A DNA stretch of 64,000 bases from Octopus sinensis (taxonomy: Eukaryota). Shown here piece after piece: positions 26,501 through 39,220 of the stretch. The stretch spans positions 7,254,001-7,318,000 of the forward strand of contig NC_043004.1 in assembly GCF_006345805.1 (NCBI RefSeq). Direction: 5' to 3'. The position numbers and the translations under genes are program-made. The first letter of the stretch is position 1, and every line of letters begins with the position of its first letter. The notes under the pieces are model-generated. The model saw nothing but the letters and a program-made list of their open reading frames with translations. It made no database searches and was not told the DNA's origin.

Positions 26501-27160
26501 CAGATATTTCAGAGCTGTGGTCCTTCGTCGAACAGCTGTTGTCACGTGTAGGTCGGGCTCGCCTATCGGCCGAGTCTATCGTGAATATTGTTCCACCACC
26601 TTCCTTTAAACGGGAAGGGAAAGCTGTTTTCGTTACGCTGATGGCTATGGCGAAAGAATGTGTGTGGTGGACGCATTTGAAAGGACTGCAAACAAACACC
26701 TTCCTCTCTGGTCAGTCTCTCGTCAACTTTTTCAAGTACCACTTGAAAAGGAGGATGAGAATAGAGAGGAAGGCTTTGTCGAACGAATGTTTTAATAAAA
26801 AGTGGGTAAAAGTGGCAAAAATGGTCAGTATGAAAGACAACACTATTTTAAGCATAAATCTGTAACCAAAAGAGACAACGAGAAGTAAGGCGACTTACTC
26901 ATGTGTTCTTTTTCGAATTGTCTGAGGTGACCTTAGTCTTTTTTGTAGGTTTTTCTTTCCAAGGCTACACCTAAACTGTGAACCTTATATATATATATAT
27001 ATATTGCCTTTTTATACACCACACAACCCACATTTCCCTATTGATCAAACGTGTTTTTTTTTTGTGTCCCACCCATCCCACCTCGAAAAGAAAAATATTC
27101 TACATTGTATTTCGTCCATTTTATTCTGTGTTTAGCCCTGTGTGGCTACAATAAAAAGTT
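23590..27160 (+). mobile_element. 5'-truncated Tx1/L1-clade LINE: ORF2 (APE endonuclease, RT, C-terminal zinc finger) plus 3'UTR
   Basis: AVYAP, LLVGDWNA, SYLDRI, TDHK; KSPGLDG, QSKAFDRV, RQGCPLS, YADD; CPRC..ETVLHALVQC. One in-frame stop (24526-24528) and a few frameshifts. Ends aataaaaagt(tatc)n. Confidence 0.95.
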
Positions 27161-27225
27161 ATCTATCTATCTATCTCTGTGTATGTATATATATATATCT
27201 GTATATGTATATATATATATATCTG

Positions 27226-27289
<64 letters not shown>

Positions 27290-27297
27290 ATATAATA

Positions 27298-27347
<50 letters not shown>

Positions 27348-27498
27348 TATATAATATATATATATATATATTATATGTAGAAAAATACAAACTGGGACAA
27401 GAATGTAAAACATTTAGAAGACGATACAAAAAACACGGACGGGACATTCGAAGCCTTCAATCTTCAGTCAAGAAACCGGATCATCCTACCAATTTCGG

Positions 27499-27600
<102 letters not shown>

Positions 27601-27642
27601 ATATATATGTAATAATATATGTGTAATAATATATATGTAATA

Positions 27643-27669
<27 letters not shown>

Positions 27670-27676
<7 letters not shown>

Positions 27677-27830
27677 ATTTTCTCTCCCCGTTTTTTCTTT
27701 CTCCTTCTGTCGAAAAGTATAAGCTCGAAACTTCAAAAACTTTTCCATTCTTCCTGATTCTCAAACTGATACACCTGTTTGTTGCCTCACCTGTCTTCGT
27801 CTTTTGTTTTCTGTAAATTCGAACTGTATG
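27670..27830 (+). repeat. TA-flanked repeat with a degenerate hammerhead-like motif (27703-27740)
   Basis: ccttCTGTCGAaaagtataagctcGAAActtcaaaa; same layout as the 33633 motif. Confidence 0.45.
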
Positions 27831-27959
27831 TATGTATGTATGTATGTATGTATGTATGTATGTATGTATGTATGTATGTATGTATGTATGTATGTGTGAG
27901 TGCACATCTTTGTGTTATCCGCTCCACCGCTTGAGTTCCTCTTCTATTCTTTTATTCTT

Positions 27960-28595
27960 AAATTGGCCTTAGTGGTATGACCGCAGTCCTGCTGTATCAG
28001 GACCCTAATTTATTTTATTTTCTTTCTGTTTCGTTGTCCCTTTATGACTGGAAGTTGGTCTATGATTGAGTTAGTAACAGCTGATCTTCCCTTCGTGTAC
28101 CCTTTAATGGTTGGCAGGTCAACTATCGTCGCTAGGAGTTGATCAAATTCATTTTTGAATGTTTCAGTAGAGGTTCCTTTTATATTTCTGATTTTTATAG
28201 GGAAGCAGCTGAACAACCGAGGACCCCTAAATATCAAACTAGCACAACAGAGTGTTTGTGCTCGTGATTTCGAAGGTGGTATAGTTTTGGAAGTTGGCAG
28301 AATCTACCAGTTGGTACATTAAAATTCTATTCTAAAAGTTTGGATGATGCTCCTCCAGGATTTTAGTTCTACTTTTAGAGATACCCAGTAATAAAGGGTT
28401 ATAGCCAAATTTATTTTACTGGTGAACGTTCTTTGTAATTCTTCAACCTGTTCTATGAGACTGGATGAGGTTGGAGAGCGGTCCACAGCATAAGTACCGG
28501 ACTCAAGAAATAAGTACTGTGGTTGATTTGTTATACTGAGCACTTGATGGCGGTGCTTCAGCATGACCGTAGTCCAATGCCTGAACCAAGTTAGG
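27960..28595 (-). pseudogene. CR1-superclade LINE 3' fragment
   Basis: SSLIEQVEELQRTFTSKI...YYW.SLK...IFRGPRLFSCFPIKIRNIKG...FKNEFDQLL...NSIIDQ. Confidence 0.75.
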
Positions 28596-28599
28596 AGCT

Positions 28600-29000
28600 G
28601 CTGTGTAGTAAGTAGCTTGCTTACCAACCACATGGTTCCGGGTCCAGTCCCACTGCGTGGCACCTTGGGCAAGTGTCTTCTACTATAGCCTCGGGCCGAC
28701 CAAAGCCCTGTGAGCGAATTTGGTAGACAGAAACTGAAAGAGGCCCGTCGTATATATATCTATATATATACACACACACACATATATATATGTGTGTGTA
28801 TATGATTGTGTCACTGTGTTTGTCTCACTCAACATCGCTTGATAACCGATGCTAGTGTGTTTACGTCCCCGTGACGTAGCGGCTCGGCAAAAGAGACCGA
28901 TAGAATAAGTCCTGGGGTCGCTTTGCACGACTAAAGGCGGTGCTCCAGCATGGCCACAGTCACATGATTGAAACAAGTAAAAGAATAAAAGAGTTAAGAG
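28600..29000 (+). mobile_element. SINE family B, near full length
   Basis: tRNA-like head, caccttgggcaagtgtctt CORE-like segment, internal TA/CA tract, tail tgattgaaacaagtaaaagaataaaagag. Confidence 0.88.
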
Positions 29001-29549
29001 CAATATAAACAGTGATATAAAGGGAAATAATTGAAGATATTTCCTCCAGGAAGAATTGATTTAAGGGAAATAACTCTAAATGAATTTCTTGTTAAGGAAA
29101 ATGTAAGGGAGGTAACTTTTCCTAAGTTTATTTTCATGCTCATTTTGTACAAGGGCTTGTTCGAATCTGACAGGCCTAGTGACGTTAACTTCCGTTTCAT
29201 AAATCAGCATAAAAAACAAACAAACAAACAAAAACAAAAACAAAGCCATATTTATAAAAATTAATCACTTATTTTGAAAATAATATAGTTATTCATAAAA
29301 TAATATAATTAATCATTAAGTTCTTATAAATTTAAAAATAGGCAGTTTCAGAATAAGCAGCCACACTGTATGTAACTTTACTGGATTAAAAAAGTTGCGG
29401 TGTTTTTTTCCAGCTTTTTAGGTTTCGAGTTCAAATCACATTGCATTGTTTTCCACCCCTCCTGGGTCGAAAAAATAGTTAGTAGTCAGGTGTTGATGTC
29501 AATGGTATCAATTAACATATACCATGTGCCCAAAATTTCAAAACAAAGG

Positions 29550-30530
29550 CGCCCGGGATCAAACTTGTGCAACTTCCAAACGATCAACGCGTTCTATAGA
29601 GGACTAGTGGAGGGGAAGTCCGACGACACACTCGGGGCAAATCTGGGCGTTGACGAGAAATTCCTAACCCGCCTGTTCAGGACGACGTTCGGGCCGGGGC
29701 CTATGGATAACTTCCAAAGATCCTTGGCTTGGCAATGCTATCGAGACGCACTACCAGTTCGAGAGAAGAGCTACAGACACGGTTCGAAAACCACCGGACC
29801 GACCTGCCCGAGATGCGGTCAGGGCGACGAAACCGTTCTGCACGCACTCGTGCAGTGTCCAGATATTTCTGAGCTGTGGACCTTCGTCGAACAGCTGGTG
29901 TCGCGTGTGGGACGGGCCCGCTTATCAGCCGAGTCTATCGTGAATATTGTTCCGCCACCTTCCTTTAAAGGGGAAGGAAAAACGTTTTTCGTAACACTGA
30001 TAGCTATGGCGAAGAATGCGTGTGGTGGACGCGTTTGAAAGGCCTACAAACAAACACTTTCCTCTCTGGTCAGTCCCTCGTCAACTTTTTCAAGTACCAC
30101 TTGAAAAGGAGGATGAGAATAGAGAGGAAAGTATCGTCGAATGAAAGTTTCAATAAAAAATGGGTAAATGTGGCAAGAATGGTCAGTATGAAAGACGACA
30201 CCATTTTAAGCATAAATCTGTAACAAAAAGAGAAAATGAGAGGAAAGGTTCTTACTCTTATGGACATTTTGAACTGCCTGAGGTGACCTTGGCTTGTTTT
30301 GTATGTTTTTCTTTCCAAGGCTACACCTAAACTGTAAACAATATCGTTTCCCACCCTGTTTTTGAACTTTATATATATATGTCTTTCCTTTTTTGTACAT
30401 AACACAGCCCAACGATCCCTATTGATCGGATTTTCCTTTTATGTGTCCCACCCATCCCACCTCGAAAAGAAAAACTCTACATTGTATTTCGTCTATTTTC
30501 TGTGTTTAGCCCTGTGTGGCCATAAAAACA
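29550..30530 (+). mobile_element. Second Tx1 copy (3' 1 kb)
   Basis: Highly similar to 26195-27160; ends ataaaaaca(tatc)n. Confidence 0.92.
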
Positions 30531-30666
<136 letters not shown>

Positions 30667-30668
30667 AA

Positions 30669-31356
30669 AGGCAGCTAGCTGCCAGAATCGTCAGCCTGCT
30701 GGTCGAAATGCTTAGCGGTATTCTGCTGTCACGTGTGGGACGAGTCGGTTTATCAGCTGAGTCTATCGTCAATATTGTCACGCCTCCTTCCTTCCTTTCG
30801 CTATGGCGAAAGAATGTATCTGGTGGACGCATCTGAAAGGATTGGAGACAAACACTTTCCTCTCTGGTCAATCTCTCTCATCAACTTCTTCAAGTACCAC
30901 TTGAAAATGAAAGTGAGAGTAGAGAGGCAAGTTTTGTCTAGCGAATGTTTTAAAAAAAGATTGGTGAATGTAGCAAGAATGGCACGTATGAATGACGAAG
31001 CCACCTTGAGCATAATCTTATGAACCCAGAAATTGAAAACAGAGGGTTACCCACTTGCAAACAAATGTGGTAACATATAACAATCCCACGGATAAACCTT
31101 ATCTGCTTCCCCCTTTACACCGTACATCATGACACTGTGATACACGATCCCTATTGATCGCTTTTTTTCCTCTTCCCCTTTTTCTTTTTTCTTTTCTTTT
31201 GTTTCTTTTCCTTTTGTTTCTTTTTTTCCTTTTTCCCTTTTACGATCCCTTTTGATCGAAAACCTACGCCACTTTTTTTTTCATCCCCCAAAAGGAAAGC
31301 TCTACCTTGTAATTTGTCCCATCTGTGTGCAGCCCTGCGTGGCCAAATAAAAAAAC

Positions 31357-31360
<4 letters not shown>
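30669..31360 (+). mobile_element. SINE A head fused to a third, more diverged Tx1 3' fragment
   Basis: gcagctagctgccagaatcg...gaaatgcttagcggtatt runs into LSRVGRVGLSAESIVNI...FFKYHLK, a distinct 3'UTR and a (tatc)n tail. Confidence 0.8.
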
Positions 31361-31453
<93 letters not shown>

Positions 31454-31455
31454 CA

Positions 31456-31566
<111 letters not shown>

Positions 31567-31995
31567 GCATGGTTATTTGTTTGTGTGTCTGTGTAATGTA
31601 ATTTTATTTAATGAACTAATTTAAACGCAATATAATGATACATAAATATGCATCGAAAATATGAATCTACCTCACTTTCCAAGAGGGAAAGGAAAACGAG
31701 AACTATTTCAAGAGGGCGTCCAATCACAATGTCACTACGTTGTAATGACACTTCTATTTCATACAAAACCTACCCAAGACCATCTCGTTTTTATTACTTC
31801 TGTCTATTTTAAATAAGATTTCATTGGAAAGAGAAAATAATCGGCTTATCGAATCTGACCCCCTTCACCAACTTTTCATATAGTCACCCCTCTTGTATTC
31901 ATCTTAACCACTCAACCATGTCAACCTATCACAGAAAAGAAATCTGGCTTTCTGTGCCAAACGGAGACAGCAGGATAATACATACAATGGATTGG

Positions 31996-32230
31996 GAGGC
32001 GAGCTGGCAGAATTGTTAGCACGTTGGCCGAAATGCTTAGCGGTATTTTTGTCTGCCGTTATGTTCTGAGTTCAAATTCCGCCGAGGTCGACTTTGCCTT
32101 TCATCCTTTCGTAGTCAATTAAATAAGTACCAGTTACGCACTGGGGTCGATGTAATCGACTTAATCCTTTTGTCTGTCCCTGTTTGTCCCCTCTATGTTT
32201 GTCCCCCCTCTGTGGGCAATAAAGAAATAA
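31996..32230 (+). mobile_element. SINE family A with tail A (monomer)
   Basis: Full head and body plus ...gtcccctctatgtttg...gtgggcaataaagaaata. Confidence 0.85.
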
Positions 32231-32401
32231 ATACATACAGTGGATTCGGCTGTGAAAGGAATTCCTTTATATGCTTTAGTAATTTTTGTTTTTTTTGTTC
32301 GCAACCAACGGAGCTCGAAGTGTTCCTCACAAACGCAGGTTCGTGAGATGGTTGTGACCTGTAAATAGTTTTGTGTAGGAACCGGAAAGAGAAGTCTGAA
32401 C

Positions 32402-32708
32402 ACGCAATGCGCATGTCAAAATAAAACGGAAGAGAAGAATAAAAACGCAATGCGCATGTCAAAATAAAACGGAAGAGAAGAATAAAAACGCAATGCGCAT
32501 GTCAAAATAAAACGGAAGCGAAGAAGAAAAGCGCAATACGCATGTCAAAATAAAACGGAAGAGAAGAATAAAAGCACAATGCACATGTCAAAATAAAACG
32601 GAAGCGAATAGTAAAAACGTAATGCGCATGTCAAAATAAAACGGAATAGACAAGAAAAGAATAAAAACGCAATGCGCATGTCAAAATGAAACGGAAGTGA
32701 AGAGTAAA
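32402..32708. repeat. Minisatellite, 43-bp unit, 7 copies
   Basis: acgcaatgcgcatgtcaaaataaaacggaagagaagaataaaa at 32402, 32445, 32488, 32531, 32574, 32617 and 32667. Confidence 0.95.
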
Positions 32709-32815
32709 ACAAGGTGTATGATGGTTTGTACGCCACATCTGACACCATTGTCATCAGCTTAGCTGCAATTTTCTTGTGTCTAACATCGTGTCTTTGGTAG
32801 GAAAACGCTGAAGAA

Positions 32816-32886
<71 letters not shown>

Positions 32887-32974
32887 AAAACAATTTCTTC
32901 ATTCTTCAAGATTTCTGCAGTTATCTTCGCAGTCAAAGATATTTATCTTAACTCGAATTAGTATCTGTTTCCTT

Positions 32975-33335
32975 TATCTTTAGTTGTTTCAATTATTGGA
33001 CTGAACTGCGGCCATGCTGGTGCACCACCCTGAAGAGTTTAGTTGACTCCAGTATTTAGTTTTTGTTATAAGTCTTATAAGCACTTATTCCACCGGTCAA
33101 TTTTGCCGAACCACCTCTATAGGGACGTAATCAAACCAGCCTCGGTTTTCAAGCGGTAGGAGAGGGCAAACACAAGGAGATTCGCACACATATACGACGG
33201 GCTTCCATAGAGTTTCCGTCAATCAAATTCACTCACAAGGCATTGAGCGGCGCGGGGTCATAGTGGAAGACACCCAATGTGTTGAGCAGTGGAACTGAAC
33301 CCGAAACCACGTGTTTGCAAAGCGAGGTTCTTAAC
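32975..33335 (-). mobile_element. SINE family B, degenerate
   Basis: Reverse-complement family B tail, body and head. Confidence 0.75.
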
Positions 33336-33364
33336 CATACAACCAAGCCTTTCTTTTCGAAAAT

Positions 33365-33764
33365 ATGGCTGTGTGGTAAGTAGCTTGTCTACTAACCACA
33401 TGGTTCTAGGTTCAGTCCCACTGTGTGGAACCTTGGGCAAGTGTCTTTTACTATAGCCCCGGGCCGACCAAAGCCTTGTGAGTGGATTTGGTAGACGGAA
33501 ACAGAAAGAAGCCCGTCGTATATATGTATATATATATGTATGTATGTGTATATATATATGACCGCGTGTGTATCGTTGGAGATTTTTTCCCCTCCGTCTT
33601 CCCTTCCTTGGATCTTTCCTTTTCCTATGTTTCTGACGAAGAGCTCCGCTTGAAACGTTAACTCCTCCTTCTTTCTTTCCTTTCCTGAGCGTCCAATAAC
33701 ATTATACTTGTTCCACGTCCTCGTGTTGTGTTTTCTCAGTGTATTTTCATGTTTGGATTAACTT

Positions 33765-33796
<32 letters not shown>

Positions 33797-33797
33797 A

Positions 33798-33850
<53 letters not shown>

Positions 33851-34085
33851 ATATATATAATGTATGTGTGTGTATATGTTTGTGTGTCTGTGTTTGTCTC
33901 CCCCAACATCGCTTGACAACCGATGCCGGTGTGTTTACGTCCCCGTAACTTTTGTTTGCGGTTCGGCAAAAGAGACTGATAGAATAAATACTAGGCTTAC
34001 AAAGAATAAGTCCTAGGGTTGATTTGCTCGGACTAAAGGCGCTGCTCCAGCATGGCCGCAGTCAAATGACTAAAAGAAATAAATG
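33365..34085 (+). mobile_element. SINE family B interrupted by a TA-flanked element (about 33560-33770)
   Basis: The 5' half ends in (TA)/(TG) at about 33555 and the 3' half resumes at about 33880 (gtgtttgtctccccaacatcgcttgacaaccg). Confidence 0.85.
33626..33664 (+). ncRNA. Minimal (dimer-type) hammerhead ribozyme motif
   Basis: gttt-CTGACGA-a-GAGC-tcc-GCTT-GAAA-CGTT-aac: intact CUGANGA and GAAA cores, 4-bp stem II, ACGT palindromic stem III, weak stem I. Confidence 0.5.
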
Positions 34086-34387
34086 AGAATGAGAGAGTAT
34101 CTTCCAGCTTACTCCCCGCTCCGCCACCAAAATACACCGTAGACAAAAGCCGTGCAATTTACATATGTCAGCACAATATTTATGAGGGAGATTTTTCTTT
34201 AACTTTTTATAGAACGTATTTGGTTTCTTAAAATAAGCTTAAGAATATAATGAGTGCTTATGAAAGAATGCTTCGGTTCAGTGACGATCACCGAGAGACT
34301 TTGTTTCTACGTCATGCCTCTACGATTTGAGCCAGGTTGACAACATTTAAGTTCTCATATCTCAGCGCACACATGTTGGTTTCTAAC

Positions 34388-34590
34388 TGTGGCACAAGGC
34401 CAGCAATTTCGGGGGGAGGGGAAAGTCGATTATTTCGTCCCTCAGCAACCAACTGGTACTTATTTTATCCACCCCGAAAGGCATGAAAGGCAAAGTCTAC
34501 CTCGGTTGAATTTGAACTCAGAACGTATAGACGGATGAAATCTGGCTAAGAATTTTGCCCGGCGTGCTAACGATTCTGCCAGATCGCCGC
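34388..34590 (-). mobile_element. SINE family A
   Basis: Reverse-complement head, body and tail B. Confidence 0.82.
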
Positions 34591-35019
34591 CCTTCTTAAC
34601 GAACTTATATTAACACTTGATAACACATCCTCGGAGAGGAAAAAATATCCAGAGTTGTTATCACATCAGCCATCTCCTACTTCGATTATACTGGCATTTC
34701 TAAAAACTTTTCTATATTGCTTAAAAACTATTTCTTCATATCACTGTCTGTTTCCCCTTCTCCCCCTCTTTATCTGTCTGTTCATCTGCCTATCTATCTA
34801 TTGTATGTATGTCATTATTCAGTTTTATTTCAATATTTCTTACCAATAGAGAAAGAGCCGGTTTCTAACTCAGATTAAAGGCTCCTTCATTGGAATTTCA
34901 ACACCAACAACATCGTATTTTTGTATGTATGTATGTATGTATGTATGTATGTATGTATGTATGTATGTATGTATGTATGTATGTATGTACGTATGTATGT
35001 ATGTATGTATGTACGTACG

Positions 35020-35101
<82 letters not shown>

Positions 35102-35345
35102 CCTATCTATCTATCTATCTATTTATCTATCTATTTATCTATCTATTTATATAAATAAGATCGATATTTAAATACCGATCTTATTAGGTGGCCTGCATGG
35201 GAATAAAAACCTTCAAAGGTAATAATTATTATTAAAATTAAAATTTAGGGTATCTAAGAGATACCACCACGCTGGAAATAGCAGCCAAAATTTGACTCTA
35301 AAACCACATTAAATGTTCAGGTGCTGTATGAACATTTTATGAATG

Positions 35346-35381
<36 letters not shown>

Positions 35382-35569
35382 TGTATGTATGTATGTATGT
35401 ATGTATGTATGTATGTATGTATGTATGCATGCATGCATGTATGTATGTATATATATATCTGTATGTTTGTATGCATGTATGTATATGTGCAGTTTTATAT
35501 GTTTTGCTTTATGTATGTATTCTCATGCATATAGTTGCATGTGTAGACATGCTCATATATATTTAAGTG

Positions 35570-35815
35570 ATATACTTCTGGAAAGTTTTACAGATTTTTA
35601 CAGTTCAGGTGATGGACTGGAACTGTAGTCTTCGAATCACCTTTCTCCTTTCTGGTTTTGAGAAGCCAAATTTCTCAAGATTTGTATTTAAGCAGATTGT
35701 TACACATCCCAGGGCCCCAATAATTACAGGTATAAACCTGAACTTGTAATCTGGATAGAGTAACTGCAGATTTCTCAATAGTTCAGCATAGGAGTTCTCT
35801 TTTTCACTGATTATT
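35570..35815 (-). pseudogene. RLE-type (R4/Dong/NeSL-like) LINE 3' fragment
   Basis: ENSYAELLRNLQLLYPDYKFRFIPVIIGALGCV...RRLQFQSITGTVKICK. Confidence 0.65.
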
Positions 35816-35837
35816 AACTCTGTATGTATTTATGTGT

Positions 35838-36080
35838 GGAAGCGCGTGGCTTAGTGGTTAGAGTGTCAACATCATGATCGTAAGATTGTGGTTTCGATTC
35901 CTGGACCGGGCGACGCGTTGTGTTCTTGAGCAAAACACTTCATTTTCACATTGCTCCACTCCACTCAGCTGGCAAAAATGAGTAACGCTGCGATGGACTG
36001 GCGTCCCCTTCAACTGGGAAACACATACGCCATAGAAGCCGGGAAACTGGGCCCATCAGCCTGGCTAGGCTTTAAAAGGG
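35838..36080 (+). mobile_element. tRNA-derived SINE, third family; other distinct tRNA-headed SINEs at about 49520-49800 and 57757-58080
   Basis: A/B-box-like gtggcttagtggttag...gtttcgattcc, a CORE-like ttgtgttcttgagcaaaacactt segment, and gcgatggactggcgtccc. Confidence 0.7.
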
Positions 36081-36155
36081 CGTATGTATGTATGTATGTA
36101 TGTATGTATGTATGTATGTATGTATGTATGTATGTATGTATGTATGTATGTATGC

Positions 36156-36248
<93 letters not shown>

Positions 36249-36589
36249 CTTATCTATCTATCTATCTATCTTGATCTGGAATGATTTGGGTGTAATCCCT
36301 CTCACCCCACCAATAAAAAAGCATTACTGCACCCCGCCTTTCTTCGATGCCTGAAGGCTTTGCATTGTTTTACTCGTTTTCCGCCTTGACTACAGTGAAA
36401 GAGCCTCTACAAAAAAACAAAAAAAATCGCTCAGCTTGTTAGAATTAGCAACCAAATGTGTCCCCATATCAAGCCATAACGTTCTTAAAAAACAAGACGT
36501 ATTAAATCATGTAACTCTAGATAGAATGACTGAATAAAAAAAACGGAACAATCAGGACAGGAACGCCTTTGACCAAAACTCTACTCGTT

Positions 36590-36800
36590 CAAAACTAATT
36601 CGTTTTGTCCTGTTGGCAGGTTTTGGAAAAGCAGCAGAGACCTTGACCTTTTAGGTCTCTCATAACCCGGTGAGCGTTAAGGTTGGGTTTAAACTGCTGC
36701 AGATCAGCACCTGCAGGAAAGACATCAGCAGGAAGCAAATTCATGAGATCTAATGTTCCGTTGAAGAAAGATTGAGTAGGATGCTTAGTGTTGGGGGGGG
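36590..36800 (-). pseudogene. Non-LTR retroelement RT C-terminal remnant
   Basis: TQSFFNGTLDLMNLLPADVFP...DLQQFKPNLN resembles the SFF.RT..LWN.LP..VFP...L..FK LINE tail motif. Confidence 0.55.
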
Positions 36801-37734
36801 GGAGATGTTTGAATGCAACAAAGATGCTGAGAGGGGAAGAGACGAGTGGGTTGGGATGTGGAAGAGATACAAGAGCAGCCAGCTTCAAGGAACGGAGGCT
36901 ATTATGATAGTGATAGTTGGAGAGAGGAGACAGTACATCTGAAGGTCAGAGTGGGAAGTATGTTTAATACCAGTCAACAACAACGACGACGACAACAATA
37001 ATGATAACAACATCATCAACAACAAAGTTTTTCCTTTTTAGCCAAATATTAGAAATATGTCAAAAAGTTTTTCTTCCTTCATCTTTTACATATGTTTATA
37101 TTTCAATTTATATTAACACTGGTTTTAGCCAGTAGATATGTAACCAATGCCATTCCAACTGTGACAATCTCATGTAAGTGATAGAACCAGTGTGTATATT
37201 ATTACTGGCATAATGACCTTCCCGAAATTACAACAAAATCCTTTTCAACACTCAAGTTCACATCAAGAATCTTGCAAACCAAATACAACGAAATAACCAC
37301 TGAAGATCTTTATTACTTGAATCTTTCCACGTTTCTTTTATGGTTGTCTTTAGCTCATCGATACTAATTCCTCTCTTTAGAGAATCTCTTTCTTTGAGTA
37401 TCTGTTGGGAATTTCCAATTACATTTCCACTTCTGATTTTTCTAGAACGTTAATAATCCTGTTTGAATACAACTATTCTTTATTGACTTTAACAGCTCTC
37501 ATCAAATATGACCGTGAAGGCAGTTAACAGTAGTGATGTTTAAATTAAGTCAGGCCTGGGAAACATGCGGTACTGAGGTGATATACAAAACTTTATGTAT
37601 TTTTTGCGGCGTTAATAATGCCATAATTAAGTACACTTAATTAACGCACAGTTAATATTCCCATCATGGACCTTTCCATGGCCCTTTGTGTCGTAGCCGA
37701 TCGATATCCCTCGATATTCTCTCTTCGTAGTAGC

Positions 37735-37980
37735 TCACGTTTCACTTGCGTATAAGAATGTAGATAGAGCAGTTGTATCGAAGAGACTAGTACGTACAGT
37801 CTTGTCTAGCCGAGAATATCTTTGCGAGAGCATATCTGAAATGAGGAAATGCAGAAAGGGAGAGAAATGAACGACGTGATTGTAGAATGCGAAAACATAA
37901 GTTCCGCTAGGCCAGACATTTAGCAAGGTTCACAGACAACAGGTGAACCCGTGCAGTTTCCGAGTGGTGTCCAAAATGTT
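37735..37980 (-). pseudogene. RTE-clade RT remnant
   Basis: SLFDTTALSTFLYASET(W) matches LF..TVLP.L.YASETW. Confidence 0.55.
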
Positions 37981-38844
37981 TGCTTAGCTCTATTCAAAGA
38001 GCATTTCCAAATCAATCTCTCCAAAATTTCAGACAGAATTCTGAACTATTTATTTGTATCAATAATCTCGTTGATATGTAACAATATCTTGACTGCCACA
38101 TCATTAATAGTAGTAGTTGTTTAACCCTAGGCCAGGCATGATCAAGCAGGCATATAAACAAACCTGCAAAATATATTTAAGCTATCGACGTCTATTCGTA
38201 TATAGTGTGTCTAAGGCTACATTATCTAATGTATTATTTTTTTTTAAGGATGTGATTTGAGGCAGACTTAGTTACTATATTTAGCAAGCCAAATAACTGC
38301 ATGCAGCCACATTGGCTCTCCACATCATCGATTCAAATGCTCGGCACGTATACTGACTATCAAAGTGGGCCATTATAAAAAAAGTTCTACTCGAACCGTT
38401 TATTGTTTTTGTATGTTTAGTAAGAGATTTTCTGCATTGCATGTTGAAACAGATTATTTTTACAATTATATTGACTAATTATCATGTATAGTATTAATTA
38501 ATCTTTCCTTTAATCTATATTTCTAGTCACCAATGTGAAAGCCATCTATCACGCACCTGTAGCTTATTTACTGATCTTTACCCTTTCTGTCTCGGTTCCC
38601 TAAACACATTGTGTTTATTTTTAGCTTGTTTTTTTTTGTTGTCGTTAATTCACATACTTATTACTGTTGCTTTCATAATTTTCCTTCTTTGTTTTAAATT
38701 GAACGTGGAGAAGGTTTGGTATTGAATGGGGTGCAGTGGCGGCGGCTGTGATATCAGGGTGTTCTACAAGAGTTTATGTCAGTAATATAAAGGCGATGGA
38801 CAAGAATCGAAGGCAATATTCACTAATTTTATCTTTTACCGTTT

Positions 38845-39220
38845 AATTGCTTCAGTCACTGGACTGCGACCATGTTGGGGGAGCACTGCGTTGGACGGTT
38901 AAGTCCAACAAACCGATCACAGTACTTTTAAAAAAAACGTTTAGTACTTATTTATATCTGTCTTTTTCGTCGAACCGCAAAGTTACAAGCATGCAAACAA
39001 ACCAACACCTGTTGTCAAAAGGTGTTGAGCAACAAACACTATAAAGACAAGTGAACGCGCACGTGCAAACACACACATTTATCAAATTCAATTGTAAAAC
39101 ATTCGTTGGTATAGGGTTATAGTAGAACACACTTGCCCAAGATACTGCGTAGTGGGACCGAACCCATTACCAAGAGATTCAAAACGAGCTTCGAAATCAT
39201 ACAGCTATGCCTGCGCCTAT
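38845..39220 (-). mobile_element. SINE family B, degenerate
   Basis: Reverse-complement tail (ttgcttcagtcactggactgcgaccatg) and head. Confidence 0.7.

Noticed and set aside
32402-32708. CRISPR-like periodicity, also in the 7290-7640 motif array
   Set aside because: There are no unique spacers (units are contiguous or separated by CA tracts), no cas genes, and the context is eukaryotic.
37129-37173. Small exon-like segment (ICNQCHSNCDNL in one frame) ending in gtaagt
   Set aside because: The acceptor is ambiguous and cannot be tied to the gene model. It might be a 5'UTR exon but is unsupported.
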